DNA of 64,000 bases. Source: Flaccisagitta enflata (Eukaryota). The translations under genes were made by a program, and so were the position numbers. Location: the NCBI GenBank assembly GCA_965153355.1, contig OZ231126.1, forward strand, positions 6,510,001 to 6,574,000. The letters run 5' to 3'. The first letter of the stretch is position 1, and each line of letters opens with the position of its first letter. This document shows positions 15,996 to 30,630 of the stretch, in pieces. Below the pieces are notes generated by a model. It did no database searches, had not been told where the DNA came from, and saw only the letters and a program-made list of their open reading frames with translations.

Positions 15996-16371
15996 TCTCT
16001 CTCTCCCTACCATCAATTTGCCACATTAAAATTCCCATTGTAAGTTCCCACATGGTTGTTGATCAATAGCACTGTGGTATACTTCTACTCTTCTAACATG
16101 CTTTACGTTGTGTGGATTGCTTTGCTTTTCAACTGGCATTTTTAGGCATTATGCTGAGAACTATCCTTGTATGGATTGCTTCAGTTTTCAACCTGCATTG
16201 TTTGGCATTATGATTAGAAGTATCCTATTGTGAACTTCTTTGCCTCTCAGCTGGCCTTGTTTGGCATTTTGATGAAAACCATCCTAGTGTGGATTGCTTC
16301 TGCTTTCAACTGGCCTTGTTTGGGGGCTGACCTCCTTTTAATGACCGTCCCGTCATCTTCCGGCGAATGTG

Positions 16372-16685
16372 GGCGTGCAAGGTTGTATGAGTGTACTTCC
16401 ATGAGTTGAAGTGAGCGTGCAAGGTTGTATAAGTGTACGTCCATGAGTTGAAATGAGCGTGCAAGGTTGGATGAGAGTACGTCCATGAGTTGAAATGAGC
16501 GTGCAAGGTTGCATGAGTGTATGTCCATGAGTGGAGTGAGCAAGCAAGGTTGTATGAGCCTATGTCCATGAGTTGGAGTGAGTGTGCAGGCCTGTATGCA
16601 TGTATGCGCATGCCTATCAGTGGGTGTGCAAGGTTTTACGTCCAAGAATTGGAGTGAGCGTGCAGGCTTGTAGGCATGTACGCCT
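16372..16685. repeat. 42-bp minisatellite (~7 degenerate copies)
   Basis: GCGTGCAAGGTTGTATGAGTGTACGTCCATGAGTTGAAATGA repeated. Confidence 0.85.
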
Positions 16686-16713
16686 AGGGCATTTAACTCG
16701 CATAACAATAGCA

Positions 16714-16758
<45 letters not shown>

Positions 16759-16913
16759 GGAACAAAATGTTTGTCAGTGTTTCATAATCATCTGATGAGA
16801 AAAACATAGCAAAATCCATGACCATTTTGAAGCTCTGCGAAAGATGTTTCGAATATGACCTTGCTGGTTGTCCTAGCTTTATTCGTTGAGAAATGGCGTA
16901 AAGATAAAGAGTA

Positions 16914-17312
16914 CAGAGGAAGGAGAAATATAAGATGTGAACCCCCAAAAACTGTAGCACCCCCCCTTACAGCTCCAAATATAGCAATTAATAATAAATT
17001 TAATATTGCTAATTAAAGCTTATGACTATACAAATGGCGCCACCAGAGCGATTTTGCAATTTCCATTCCAGTCTCAAATTATAATAGAAAAACTTTAATT
17101 TTAAGAATTTTTAATAATACTTAATTTTAATACTTTATTAAGCTATATCTTGACTTAAAAAACAAAAATTAAAAATTGCTCTGGTGACGCCACTTGTATT
17201 AATGTAAACATTTTTCTTTTAACTTTAGAATATCTATAATCTAATTGATAAAAGCTGTAGGGGGGTGCTACAGTTTTCAGGGGGTTCACACCTTATATTA
17301 ACCTTCTTTCTG
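16914..17312. mobile_element. MITE with TA TSD (Tc1/mariner-superfamily type)
   Basis: TA|CAGAGGAAGG..AATATAAGATGTGAACCCCC..AAAACTGTAGCACCCCCC vs GGGGGGTGCTACAGTTTT..GGGGGTTCACACCTTATATT..CCTTCTTTCTG|TA; second internal IR pair ACAAATGGCGCCACCAGAGC / GCTCTGGTGACGCCACTTGT. Confidence 0.85.
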
Positions 17313-18571
17313 TAGGTGGTCACAATTGTAAAAGTTGAAGTTGAAGATGCTGCATCTTTTTGTAATCCATGGGAAAAACACAAAAAAATTTTATTTGGAC
17401 TTTTTTTTTTAGAACGATTTTAAAGAACTGAAAACGATTTGTATTTTCATGATGGAGCAAAAACGAACAATTTTGCCTAAATTTTCGAATCCATATTCAG
17501 TATTATACTACCGGTGCTTACGATGACGATTCGTCACCTGATTTTAAAGAATTTCAAATTTTCTTTCATTCTAGACCAATCCCAAGTCTGTATATGAAAC
17601 GGTTTGAAAGCTTGTCAAAGTGAACTATGTTTTTTTTTCAAAACCTTTTTATTCAAATGAACTCAAAATTGAAGGGGTTAATGTTTTCACTCTTTCCAAT
17701 GCCATTTCTAAGAAAATAAAGCTAGAATGACCAGCAACGTGGTATTTGAAAGATCTTTTGCAGAGCTTTCAAACGGTTATGAATTTTTTGGTTTAAGCAC
17801 TCAGTTCAGCAAAAAAAAAAAAAAAAGTGAAACAAGTTTTTCCGTTTTTTCTTGTGCTATTGTTATGTATGAGTGGATGTGCCATGTCTCATGTGTCTAC
17901 GCGCATGTGTATGAGTGGGTGTGCATGTGTACATGTGTTTTTTTGTGGGCCTGCAAGGTTGTATGAGTGGACGGGCATGTGTGTGAGTGCCACATTGTAC
18001 TCTTATACACATGTTTATAAGTGGGCATGGTGAATCCACGATGGATTGACAATACATACTAGAATTCAAATATCACCGCGATTCTTACTTTAGATTTTGT
18101 CTTCATAATAACTTCATATGCTCAATTATAAGAAAACTATTTGCTTTAATATCGAAGACAAACAAAGAATCAAGGAAGGAAGTTGTCAACTTGTTGTCCC
18201 TTTCATGAAAAATCGTTTTTTGGCTTTCTGCTAGAGCTTTAGAAAAAAAATCAAAACATTAACTAGTTCTAAAATCAATCAGAGATGCAGGGTAATACCC
18301 CTCTTTTAGGCTCTCTCAGCGGCACTCATTTTTACACATGTGTATGTAATGGGTGAAAAGTGTAAAGACAATGACGAAAGAAAAGAGAAAGCTGAAAGAA
18401 ACATAGGAAAGAATATGGGTGAGCAGAGGGGAAAAAGTGGAAGGAAGAGAAGTAAGAAGCAAAAGGAGGGGCTGAAGAAAAAGATAATTTTTCCCACATC
18501 CTCTCGCTTTCTTTTATCTATTTTTGCGGCTTCACTGCTCCAATCTTTTCAGGTTTCTGTTTCCTTCGGCT

Positions 18572-18840
18572 ACAACTTATCTCGGTTTGTTCGTCAATTA
18601 TGTTCTTGTGATTTGTTCTTTTCTTTTCTTTCGACTTATCTCATTCTGTTTTTCAATTATGATCTTGTGTTCTGTTCTTTTGTTTTCTCTGGACTTATCT
18701 CATTTTGTTCGTCAATTTTGTTCTTGTGTTCTGTTCTTTTGTTTTCTCTGGACTTATCTCATTTTGTTTGTCAATTATGTTCTTGTGTTCTGTTCTTTTG
18801 TTTTCTCTGGACTTATCTCATTTTGTTCATTTTGTTCTTT
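18572..18840. repeat. ~59-bp T-rich minisatellite
   Basis: GTTCTGTTCTTTTGTTTTCTCTGGACTTATCTCATTTTGTT..TCAATT repeated 4-5 times. Confidence 0.8.
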
Positions 18841-19614
18841 TTCTTTTCTTTGGCTACGACTCAACTCCTGTTGTTCTTCAATCATGTTCTTGTGCTTTGT
18901 TCCTTCCTTTCCTTTAGCTATACCATATCTTCTTTTGTTCTTTAATTATGTAATTTTTGTTCTTGTGTTCTGTTCTTTTGTTTCTTCATTAGTTTCTCAT
19001 TTCTTTTCACCTCATCACCATTTTTACCTCATTTCTTCATTAGTTTCATTTCATCTCATCACTATTATTACCTCATTTCTTCATTAGTTTCTTTTCACCT
19101 CATTTCTTCATTAGTTTCTTATTTCTTTTCACCTCATCCGACCAACGATTGTAATTTTCAAAAGAAAACACAATGATACATTGAACAATACAATGTAAGC
19201 AACAGCTGCATTAATAACTCGGAGATTACTAGATTCCATAAATGCTTGGATAAAAGCGTATTGGTCTAGTACACGTCATTGTAAAGATAATGCAACGGAA
19301 TAATAAAAAATAAATTAAGGCATGAACATGTAAGCGATAATTTCGAGTAATGTTAATTATTGTTGAATAGCTAATGGATGAGGCGATGACCAAGATGGTT
19401 CATTTCTCGCCGAAAAAATGCTAAATGATGCTTCAATTCTTCATTAGTTTCTTTTCACCTCGTCACCATTGCTACCTTATTTCTTCATTAGTTTCTTTTC
19501 ACCTTGCAGTTTTTCATTTTCTCTCTTTTTCCTTCTTCCATCAATTTTTGTCGATTTCTTCGAAAAATTCTTCGCCTTCTCAAAATGGATCCTCACGCAC
19601 GTAGGAAGTACTTC

Positions 19615-20230
<616 letters not shown>

Positions 20231-20240
20231 TATCCGTTTT

Positions 20241-20730
20241 TGGGCAGCGGCCCCGAAGGGGTCGATGACTTATGCTGTCACACATATGGAGAATTTTCTC
20301 TTCCTCCTCCTAGTTCTCCTTCTTTGTACTCCCCTCAACCAACCTCTACGCCCATATCTCAGCCTTGAGGCCCACATCCTAGCCTCGAGGCCCAAATCCC
20401 CGTCTTGAGGCCAAAATCCCGACCTCAAGGCCCAAATCCCAACCCAAAGGCCCAAATTCCTGCCTCAAGGGATTCGGGCCTCAAGACTGGGATTTTGGCC
20501 TCAAGGCTGAGATATGGGCCTGGAGGTTGGGGGGAGGGAGGATGCGGAGGTGGAGAAGGAGGAGGAGGAGGAGGAGGAGGAGGAGGAGGAACAGGAGAAA
20601 ATTCCCCATGTGTGGAAGCATAGGTCATCAACCCCTTCGGGGCCGCTGCCCTGCTCCCTCCCTCAACTACTATTGTAACTTATTCAAGCAGGGCACGGGT
20701 ACCGCTGACCAACTAACGCTTTTGCGACTA
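20241..20730 (+). mobile_element. Interspersed element with long asymmetric inverted repeats and 3' hairpin (HINE-like family 2); related copies at ~15426-16100 and ~33935-34258
   Basis: GGGCAGCGGCCCCGAAGGGG..CACATATGGAGAATTTTCTC is inverted at 20596-20651; followed by the GCCCTGCT..AGCAGGGC hairpin; T-run at the 5' flank. Confidence 0.7.
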
Positions 20731-20965
20731 TTCATTCATTTGCCATTCATCATTCATCCATTTTTCATCCATTTTTCATCAATTAATCATTTATCATTCA
20801 TTATTCATCCATTTTTCATCCATTTATCATTCATCTTTCATTTTTCATCCATTTTTCATCATTCATCATTTTTCATTCATCCATTTTTTATCATTCATCA
20901 TTCATCATTCATCCATTTCTCATCCATTAATCATTCGCAATTCATAATTCATCCATTTTTCATTA

Positions 20966-22108
20966 GGTTATTTCTTCTAACAGACTCCTAGCTCCGGCAA
21001 GAAAAATCACAATTTTAAACATTATTAAAATCATTTTTTCCTTTCAGATATAGTGGATAGTGTGTCTAGGGGGTCAAAATTCATCGTCAGCCCATCTTAA
21101 TGGGCCCTCATTTTTATTCCGCATTCTCACTACCCTTTGTATAGCTTTTAACCTTTTTTGTAAAAATTGTTAATTCGAACAAAATTTTGTTTACCCAACG
21201 TAGATCATCTTTTGCAATCTACTCCGTGCTGTTTGATGATGTTTCAGCCAATAAAATCGATCCTGGTTGGTTTGCAACGCATGTAGTCAACATTTCATTT
21301 TTTGAAGCAAAATGTTGAATAATTTGAAATGTCCAAAACTCGATTTTTTTTTCTTTTAACTTCCAAAATTGGGAATAGGTGATCATTTATGGTTTTATTT
21401 CAGTGCCCCACCTCTTTTGTTATGATCAGGAGGGATAATCTTCGCAGCAGGAGTACAGGGGCTTAATGGGGAAAACATAAATCAAGGTGGACAGGCCTGG
21501 GACAAATAGAAATGTTGAATAATTTGAAATGTCCGAAACTCAATTTTTTCATTAAAAATTGGTGTAGGTTGTTTAAACATCGTTCATTGATACTTGTCGG
21601 TTACCTTGTATTGTGGTGATCAAATAGGGGTGTATATTGTGTTATTCTTTTTCTTCATCATCGCAAATTGAACCAAATTTGACAGACTGTCATATTTGTA
21701 GCAATCTTGGTCATTATTCCCTTCGCTCTTGCACAGGGGAAACAAGAAATGTATTTTTAACTTATAGCCACAATTGTGGCTCCAAAAGAAAGACAATAGG
21801 TTCACGATGTGGATTCATATGAATTAGATAGACTAATAAAGGATTAGAATGCCTTTTTTCGATCAAATAAGTGTGTGTAACACATTTGTTACATGATAAT
21901 TAGGGTTTGGGACATAATCAAAAACAATCGAAATTTTAGGAAATCTGCACCAAAATCTTTTTTTTCCTGTTAAATCCTCTCAGCACATCTTAACCTCATG
22001 TAAGAATAAGATACTGAAACCTCTTTGTCGCATTCTTTACTATATCCTGTCCAAAATGACACGATCAGAACAAAAATTAGAGCTAGGAGCCTGCCCGTGA
22101 AAATAACC
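20966..22108. mobile_element. 1.1-kb TIR element with 4-bp TSD ATTA, inserted in a (TCATCCATT)-type repeat
   Basis: ATTA|GGTTATTTCTTCTAACAGACTCCCTAGCTC ... GAGCTAGGAGCCTGCCCGTGAAAATAACC|ATTA; same low-complexity repeat on both flanks. Confidence 0.7.
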
Positions 22109-22552
22109 ATTACTCATCATTCATCATTTGTCATTCATCCATTATTCATCCATTTGTCATTCATCATTCATCATTCATCCATTTTCATCAATTTTTCATC
22201 CATCAATCATTCATCCTTCATCATTTATCAATAATCATTCACCATTATCGTCATCTCTATTCAGCAACAGAGTTTTTTTCTCTTTTTTGGGAAGCGTGTG
22301 TGTGACTTTATATCATAGGTTGGGCCCATGGCAATATCACTTTTTTGGCATCCTGCCCCTGCCCACCCACACATGAAAGGGGCAACGATTAACTATGTAT
22401 TCTCTCCCCCCCCTCCCTAGAGCAGCTTTTACTCAGGGCCTTGTTTGATTGGTGCGAATTTCAGCATAAACTGGTTGATTTCTTTCGACAGTGATTTTTA
22501 TTGAGACAAATGACTCGGCTAATAATCCTGTGGTTCTTTTTTTTTTCTTTTT

Positions 22553-22761
22553 AGTCGCGTGCTACGCGACTCTACACCCCGCTTTGTCGGATCGTCCGTC
22601 CGTCCGTCCGTCCGTCGGTCGGTTGGTCCGTCCGTCACACTTTATTTTTTTGGGGGTTTTGCGGTTTTTGGCCTCACTGCTCCTGCCCAAATGATGGAGT
22701 GACCTCAATTATGGCCCCTGCCCACCTGCACGCGACTGGGGTAGCCGTGTATCCGGCCTTG
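22553..22761 (+). mobile_element. Complete HINE/DINE-1-like (non-autonomous Helentron-type) element, reference copy
   Basis: T-run|AGTCGCGT-GCT-ACGCGACT hairpin, (GTCC)n/(GTCG)n microsatellite, subterminal IR GCACGCGACT, 3' hairpin GCCG-TGTATC-CGGC, CTTG|T-run; no TSD. Confidence 0.85.
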
Positions 22762-22794
22762 TTTTTTTCCAAAAGGATTCTTGTAACTATGCAC

Positions 22795-23766
22795 TGTGTC
22801 TTTGGAAGAAAGGAAACGACCGACAATGCAACTGTGTCTAAGGAAGGAAAGAAAAGGCCGACAATACATTGTGTCTAAGGAAGGAAAGAAAAGGCTGACA
22901 ATAGATTGTGTTTAAGGAAGGGAAGAAAACGCTGACAATAGATTGTGTCTAAAGAAGGGAAGAAAACGTTGACAATAGATTGTGTCTAAGGAAAGATTGA
23001 AAAGGCTGACAATAGATTGTGTCTAAGGAAGGAATGAAAAGGCTGACAAAAGATTGTGTCTAACTCTAAGGAAGGGAAGAAAACGCTGACAATAGATTGT
23101 GTCTAAGGAAGGAAAGAAAAGGCTGACAATAGATTGTGTCTAAGGAAGGAAAGAAAAGGCTGACAATAGATTGTGTCTAAGGAAGGAATGAAAAGGCTGA
23201 CAATAGATTGTGTCTAAGGAAGGGAAGAAAACGCTGACAATAGATTGTGTCTAAGGAAAGATTGAAAAGGCTGACAATAGATTGTGTCTAAGGAAGGAAT
23301 GAAAAGGCTGACAACAGATTGTGTCTAAGGGAAGAAAACGCTGACAATAGATTGTGTCTAAGGAAGGAAAAAAAAGGCTGACAATAGATTGTGTCTAAGG
23401 AAAGATTGAAAAGGCTGACAATAGATTGTGTCTTAGGAAGGAAAGAAAAGGCTGACAATAGATTGTGTCTAAGGAAGGGAAGAAAACGCTGACAATAGAT
23501 TGTGTCTAAGGAAGGAAAGAAAAGGCTGACAATAGATTGTGTCTAAGGAAGGAAAGAAAAGGCTGACAATCGATTGTGTCTAAGGAAAGATTGAATAGGC
23601 TGACAATAGATTGTGTCTTAGGAAGGAAAGAAAAGGCTGACAATAGATTGTGTCTAAGTAAGGGAAGAAAACGCTGACAATAGAATGTGTCCAAGGAAGG
23701 AAAGAAAAGGCTGACAATAGATTGTGTCTAAGGAAGGAAAGAAAAGGCTGACAATAGATTGTGTCT
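22795..23766. repeat. 37-bp minisatellite (~26 copies)
   Basis: AAGGAAGGAAAGAAAAGGCTGACAATAGATTGTGTCT with a few recurring variants. Confidence 0.95.
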
Positions 23767-24736
23767 ATTCCATCAGACTACTGCCGTACTTGATCCAGCC
23801 GAAAATGGCAGTGCAGATTCTAGACTACAAAGGATAAAGCAAGAGTGGAAGCAGGGATTGGAGTTATGGGGTAGGGCCTCTAAAGGTTCGGGAGGAGGTC
23901 ATGGCGCAGATTCTAGCCTACTGTGGCTAAAGCAAGAGTGGAAGTAGGGATTGGAGTTATGGGGGAGGGACTAAAAAGGTTCGGGGAGGAGACTCAAATT
24001 CTATTTGGTGGGTGGTGAGAAAGAGGTAGGAGTCACTATAGTTAAGGTTTTCAAATTAACTGATTATCAATTAACAAACTAAAAATTTCGTTAGTTAACT
24101 AGCTAAAATAGTTTCACCTTATAAAAGGCAGAAATTACGGAAAATTGTCATCATTTTGACACAATTTTTTAATGTATCAATAATTTCAGTATGGATTTTT
24201 CTGTTTGAGGTTAAAGATCCTCAAGTTTCCATGTTTCTCTGTGGCAATCCAAATATTCTTTTCTTAATGCCAAAAAAATCTACAAAAAATCATGTCATTT
24301 TAAGGAAAAACAGGTGAATTCTCCTCATTTTTCCACAAAAACCATTATCTGTTAAACCTAGTTGATTTCTCATATTTAACTATAGGGGTTTTCAGAATTT
24401 TAACTAGTTTACTAGCTAGTTAAGGTTAACTATTGCAAGTCCTAGAAAGAGGGTTGGGTTGGGAGCCGGGAGGTAGAAAAGGCAGGTGATGATAGGAGAA
24501 GGAAACACGACACGGTAAGAGGGGAGAAGAAGACAGTGGGGTGGAAGTAGAGTGACAACGGGGTAGGAGGGGGGAAGACAACGGGGTGGGGGAAGAGGGC
24601 GGGGAAGAGGACGGGTTAGGAGAGGGGGGGGGGAGAGGCCACGGGGTAGGAGAGGGGGGAAGAGGCCACGGGGTGCCGTCAATTGAATTAAGTAAGAGAG
24701 AAAGGCGTTAATGGCCATTCGATTAAAAGTCGCAAA

Positions 24737-25058
<322 letters not shown>

Positions 25059-25115
25059 AGATGAAGCCATGAAAATTGATCCTCAACTATTAAGCTCTGC
25101 TTTATGAACATATAA

Positions 25116-25502
25116 CAAGGCCGGATAAACGGCCCCATTAGCCAAATGTGGTTAGGCAAGGGTAGACAACCAGACAGACATTTAATGATTCAAAAAACAA
25201 CGGACAGACCAACAGACAGACGGACAACAAGACAGAGCAGGCTGAAGAGTCGCGTGCATGAGACTAAGCAAATAAACAAGTGAAGCAGGGTCACAATATC
25301 GTTTTGGACAGGTGGGCAGGGGCATACAACCCCCATCCATTCCCTCATCAACCCCATACTCACTCACATACAGCGACAATCATAACTACAGCGTCATAAA
25401 TGAGCGTTTTTACACTTTCTGACTTGATCACCACGGACAGATTGACGGACGGACGGACAAACAGATGGACAAAGCCTCTTATAGAGTTGCGCGTCCGCAA
25501 CT
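25116..25502 (-). mobile_element. Two adjacent HINE-like copies
   Basis: CAAGGCCGGATAAACGGC..GAGTCGCGTGCATGAGACTAA and CAAGTGAAGCAGGGTCAC..TATAGAGTTGCGCGTCCGCAACTAAAA. Confidence 0.7.
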
Positions 25503-25575
25503 AAAAATTTAAAAATGTTGTCTCCAACGTTTGTTCTTTCATTTGTTCAATTTGTTCGCAAAAGCGATATTGATT

Positions 25576-25626
<51 letters not shown>

Positions 25627-25801
25627 CTCTTTTATCCTGCCGACTTGAAATAGACTTAACACGTAGACTTTTAGTTTTCATGTATTGGCTTAAAATCTGA
25701 CTGAAAGGGCCAGATATTCGATGCACGTACAGACAAATGTAGTGACAAATGGTCGTATGGACGTTTTTTCTTTTTTGTTTTATGTTTGTATACATTTCAG
25801 A

Positions 25802-26745
25802 CCAATTACCGCGGTTGGGTAGGGTTGAGCAGGTGCAGGGGCTAGGGCAGGGGCAATTTCTGCGGTTGGGGAGGGGCAATTGTCGCTGTTGGGTAAGGGC
25901 AATTGCAGCGGTAAGGCAGGGGCAATCACCGCGGTTGGGGAGGGGCAATTGTCGCTGTTGGGTAAGGGCAATTGCCGCGGTTGGGGAGGGGCAATCACCG
26001 CGGTTGGGTTGGGGCAATTGTCGCTGTTGGGTAAGGGCAATTGCAACGGTAAGGCAGGAGCAATCGCCGTGGTTGGGGAGGGGTGATTGTTGCTGTTGGG
26101 TAAGGGCAATTGCAGCAAGTTGGCAGGGGCAATTGCCGCGGTTGGGGAGGGGCAATTGCCGCGGTTGGGGAGGGGCAATTGCCGCGTTGGGAAGGGGCAA
26201 TTGCCGCGGTTGGGGAGGGGCAATTGCCGCGGTTGGGGACTGGCAATTGTCGCTGTTGGGTAAGGGCAATTGCAGCGGTTGGGCAAGGGCAATAGCCGCG
26301 GTTGGGAAGGGGCTATCGCCGCGGTTGGGGAGGGGCAATTGTTGCTGTTGGGTTAGGGCAATTGCAGTTGTTGGGCGAGGGCAATTGCCGAAGTTGGGCG
26401 AGGGCAATTGCCGCGGTTGGGCGGGGGCAATTGCCGAAGGTGGGCGGAGGCAATTGCCGCGGTTGGGCAGGGGCAATTGTTGTGGTTAGGCAGGGGCAAT
26501 TGCCAGGGTCGGGGTGGAAAAATTGCCGTATATAGGAGGGGGAAATTGCAGTGGTGGAGAGGGGGCAATTACCGTGGTTGGCCAGGGGCAATTGTTGCGG
26601 TTGGGCATGGGTTGTGCGTCATCAGCGACAATTGCCGCGCTTTGGCAGGGGCAATTGCCGCGGTTGGGAGGGGCAATTGTTGCTGTTGGGTAGGGGGATT
26701 GTAATGGTTGGGCAGGGGCAACTGCTGCACTTGGGCGGAGGCAAC
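25802..26745. repeat. GC-rich ~22-bp minisatellite built on palindromic CAATTG and CCGCGG cores
   Basis: GGGGCAATTGCCGCGGTTGGGGA and GGGCAATTGTCGCTGTTGGGTAA variants. Confidence 0.9.
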
Positions 26746-26796
26746 TATGATTTGATGGACTAATGAAATAAACTTGCGCGTCCATCTCTTATTTTC

Positions 26797-27442
26797 ATGC
26801 TTTTCCACACGTGTCTTTATAATAATCATCTCCAAACCAAACCTCACTTTTTGCAACTACATTTCATCCATTTCATATCTCCATGCTTTTCCAAGCGTCT
26901 CTTTCATTATCATCTCCCAAAACCAAAATGGGTACAACTGACCAAACTTTACTCTTTGCGATTACTTTTCATCAGTTTCTTATCTCCGCGTTTTTCCAAG
27001 CATCTCTTACATTATCATCTCCAAAAACCAAAATGGGTACAACTGACCAAACTTTACTCTTTGCGACTACTTTTCATCTGTTTCTTATCTCCGCGCTTTT
27101 CCAAGCGTGCCTTTCATTATCATCTCCAAAAACCAAAATGGGTACAACTGATCAAACTTTACTCTTTGCAACTACTCTCCATCCGTTTCTTATCTCCGCG
27201 CTTTTCCAAGCGTGTCTTTCATTATCATCTCCAACAACCAAAATGGGTACAACTGATCAAACTTTACTCTTTGCGACTACTTTTCATCCGTTTCTTATCT
27301 CCGCGCTTTTCCAAGCGTGCCTTTCATTATCATCTCCAAAAACCAAAATGGGTACAACTGACCAAACTTTACTCTTTGCGACTACTTTTCATCCGTTTCT
27401 TATCTCCACGTTTTTCCAAGCGTGTCTTTCATAATCATCTCC
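26797..27442. repeat. 108-bp minisatellite (~6 copies)
   Basis: CATCTCCAAAAACCAAAATGGGTACAACTGACCAAACTTTACTCTTTGCG... ; 36-aa periodicity in the ORF track. Confidence 0.9.
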
Positions 27443-29188
27443 CACTCATCTTTTTTTTGGCAGTAGATCCAAATACCTAAATCATCTTCGAATCCTCACA
27501 AAAGCGATAATCATCTTTCTTCTTTCTCATCCTTCTTCCTCATCTTCATCCTCATCCTCAACATATTTTGCCTTCCATCCAACTGACTGGAAACTTTTTG
27601 GAGATGAGTATATACCTCAGTGGTAACGATGAAAGATCAGCATCGGTATCCGTTATCCACAACCCTTATCTCTTCTACTCCTACCCCTTCACGTTTTTTT
27701 CTCTCATACCTCAACCTGCCACTTTCTCACTCTTCTCATTCTCTTGTCTCTCTTGCGTCACTCCTATCATTCTTTTCCCTTATTCCCCCCCCCCTGCCGC
27801 CTCTCTTCCTCTAAAATTTCACCCTTACTTCAATGTCTCTAATTTAGTAATTATTCTCGACCTCTTTCTTACCTGCTTCTGCTACCATTGGGTGCTTCAC
27901 GTAGCAAAAGTTGGTTATTTCTTTTCACCCTCTTTACCTGATATGGAGTGGTTGAATCAACTGGTTGATTTTAAAACTCTTACCATTTTTTTTTATCAAA
28001 AATTGTTTGTCTTTTGTTCCTTAGCAAATTATTTTTTAGGACTTGATTTGCAAAATGCAAAGGGATAAATCAATCTTCTAACATTCTCTTTAAAAAAAAG
28101 TATTAATCTGCTTATTAAGTAAGCTCTTTCATAGTGTATGTTCTGTTGTTTTAGTCAATTCTTAAAAATATCATGATTTTCTAAAACAAATGATTGTCTT
28201 TTTAAAAACAAAACTAAACAGGATTTTGCTGATTTCTGGGGTTTCTGTGGGAGTTTTGAGGCCAAAACGAAAACAGATGTATTGAAAACTTTGAGAAAAA
28301 TTTTTTTTGAAAAATTAAAAAAAATTTGAATTTTTAATAAAAGGAAATGATTATCTTCATGATTTTTGCTCTTCTATATTAAAAAGGGTGAAGGGATACA
28401 CCAAACTGTTGCTGTGTGAAGCACCCAACTGCTACCATTCTCTCTTCCTCTCTTCCTCTCCTCTATCCTCCTTGACCCTCTCTCAACCTCTTTCTTCTCC
28501 TCACCCTCCTCCTCCTCCTCTTCCTTCCTCTTTTCCTCCTTTGAACTTCCGTTGGTGACGCAAAGGCGAGAAATGGATCGTATTGACTCCTTATCATCTT
28601 CCTCATCCTCCTCTTCTTTCTCCTCTTCCATCACCTCCTCCTCACTTTTCCCCTCCTCTTCCTTCCCCTCCTTCTTCCCCTCCATTTCTTCCTCTATTTT
28701 GCATTGATTTGACAAATTTCAACATTTGAAAGAAAAGTAAAATTGAAATTAAGATGAAGAGAATGAACATCATTCGTTCATTTATTCACTGATTCATTTA
28801 TTCATTCATTCATTCATTCATTCATTCATTCATTCATTCATTCATTCATTCATTCATTCATTTATTTTTTTTACATGTAAGGGCTATCGCGTGGAGTTTT
28901 GTAAAGGTACGTCTCTTAACGTTTACGTTTTTTTGGTTCTCTTCAAATTTGAGATTTGATCATAATTAGTCGCGTGCTAAGCGACTCAACACCCAGCTAT
29001 ACCCGACCGTTGGTCGGTCGGTTCCTTTTTTACTTTTTTTGGCGTTTTTAAGCGTTTTGAGATCGCTGATTTTGCCCTTGTATATTGTTTAACATAAGCA
29101 ATTTACATTAGCGATTTTGCCCTGGTATATTGTTTAACATTAGCAATTTACATTGTTCAGAGGAGCCACTGGTTTTCTCTATATTTCT

Positions 29189-29276
<88 letters not shown>

Positions 29277-29815
29277 GAAAATATTATTGTGTCACCCCTC
29301 ACTAACTGATCCAATTACGGTGCGCCCTTCCCTCTCACCCTGGTTGCAATTAGCCTCTGGTGAGTCAGGTCTCTCAATTTTTAGGGTGGATTCTATCTAA
29401 TGTCCCTTCCGTCTCCAGGCTGCATCCTCTTTTTCTTAATCCTTCCCTTGGTCTGTTTTTGTCTGTTTTTATTTCATTCACCATCTGTTTGTATGCCACT
29501 GGGTTTGTGGTGATACATGAGTTAAAGGAATGCTGAAAAAAGATCTGGTCAGATCTGCTTAAACTATAGAAGAGGCCATGTGAATATTTTCTGACCAAAT
29601 CTACTGACTATATTACTTCACAGATCCATGTAATTCACAATAATGCACAATGATAACAATGATGACACAAATATGATGATTCGTTTTTAAACTGTAATTC
29701 AAACAAGAAATATTTTTAACTATTTATATCTGTAATGTATTTCCTTTAACACAGTGCGTACAAATAGAAATACGTCAGTGCAATATTTGCAACTCAATTT
29801 CACCATTTTGTGGCT

Positions 29816-29923
<108 letters not shown>

Positions 29924-30136
29924 ATGCAGTTGAATGACATTTGGGTGATACGAAAGCATCTAAATAATGTAGTGTTTTGGGTCATTGTAAGGTAAGTATG
30001 GTATGTAACCGTGAAATTCTGTTTTATTCTAGTTTTGCAGCACTAAAAGACTGCGCCTGCCCAACCGTCCGCGACTTTTGCACTGTGTTGAGCTTGTTGA
30101 TTGTAAATTGAATGGGCAAAAAAAAAAAAAAAAAAA

Positions 30137-30343
30137 CTAGACTCTCTCCCACATTCGAATTCCACTCATGATAACAGCAGAGTAACTAAGAGAACTTGAA
30201 TCCAAGACACTAATGCCCAAACACTTAAAAGACCCTTTCACAGTCTCAGCAACATCGCAATATTTGCTCTGCGTCAACCTTTCAAAATGTCGTCCTGACA
30301 TGTCTTCACATAAGATGGTCCAAGCGGCGTTTTCATCACAAAC
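30137..30343 (-). CDS. Last exon of the secreted discoidin/F5-8 type C-like protein gene (VCDENAAWTILCEDMSG...FKCLGISVL...IMSGIRMWERV*)
   Basis: Acceptor CTCTCTCAG before 30343, phase 0 matches the upstream donor, 69 codons ending TAG at 30139-30137. Confidence 0.85.
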   Translation of the reverse strand, partial: VCDENAAWTILCEDMSGRHFERLTQSKYCDVAETVKGSFKCLGISVLDSSSLSYSAVIMSGIRMWERV

Positions 30344-30399
30344 CTGAGAGAGTAATGAAGTGAATGGTCAATAAGATTGCTGCGATGATGGAAACGGAA

Positions 30400-30630
30400 A
30401 CAACAACAACAACAAACACCACAACAACAAACACCACAACAACAAAAATGACAATGACAACAACAACCACAACCACAACAACGACAACAACAATGACAAC
30501 AATGACGACAACAACAACAATGACAACAACAACAATAATGACAATAATGACAACAATGACAACAATGACAACAATGACAACAATGACAACAATGACAACA
30601 ATGACAACAATGACAACAATGACAACAACC
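30400..30630. repeat. Intronic (ACAACAATG)n/(ACA)n repeat
   Basis: Lies between donor 30636 and acceptor 30344; produces the spurious CCH-rich ORF tail. Confidence 0.9.

Noticed and set aside
25547-27480. Pro/Gln-rich and 36-aa-repeat ORFs
   Set aside because: Minisatellite translations open on both strands or several frames, with frameshifting unit variants
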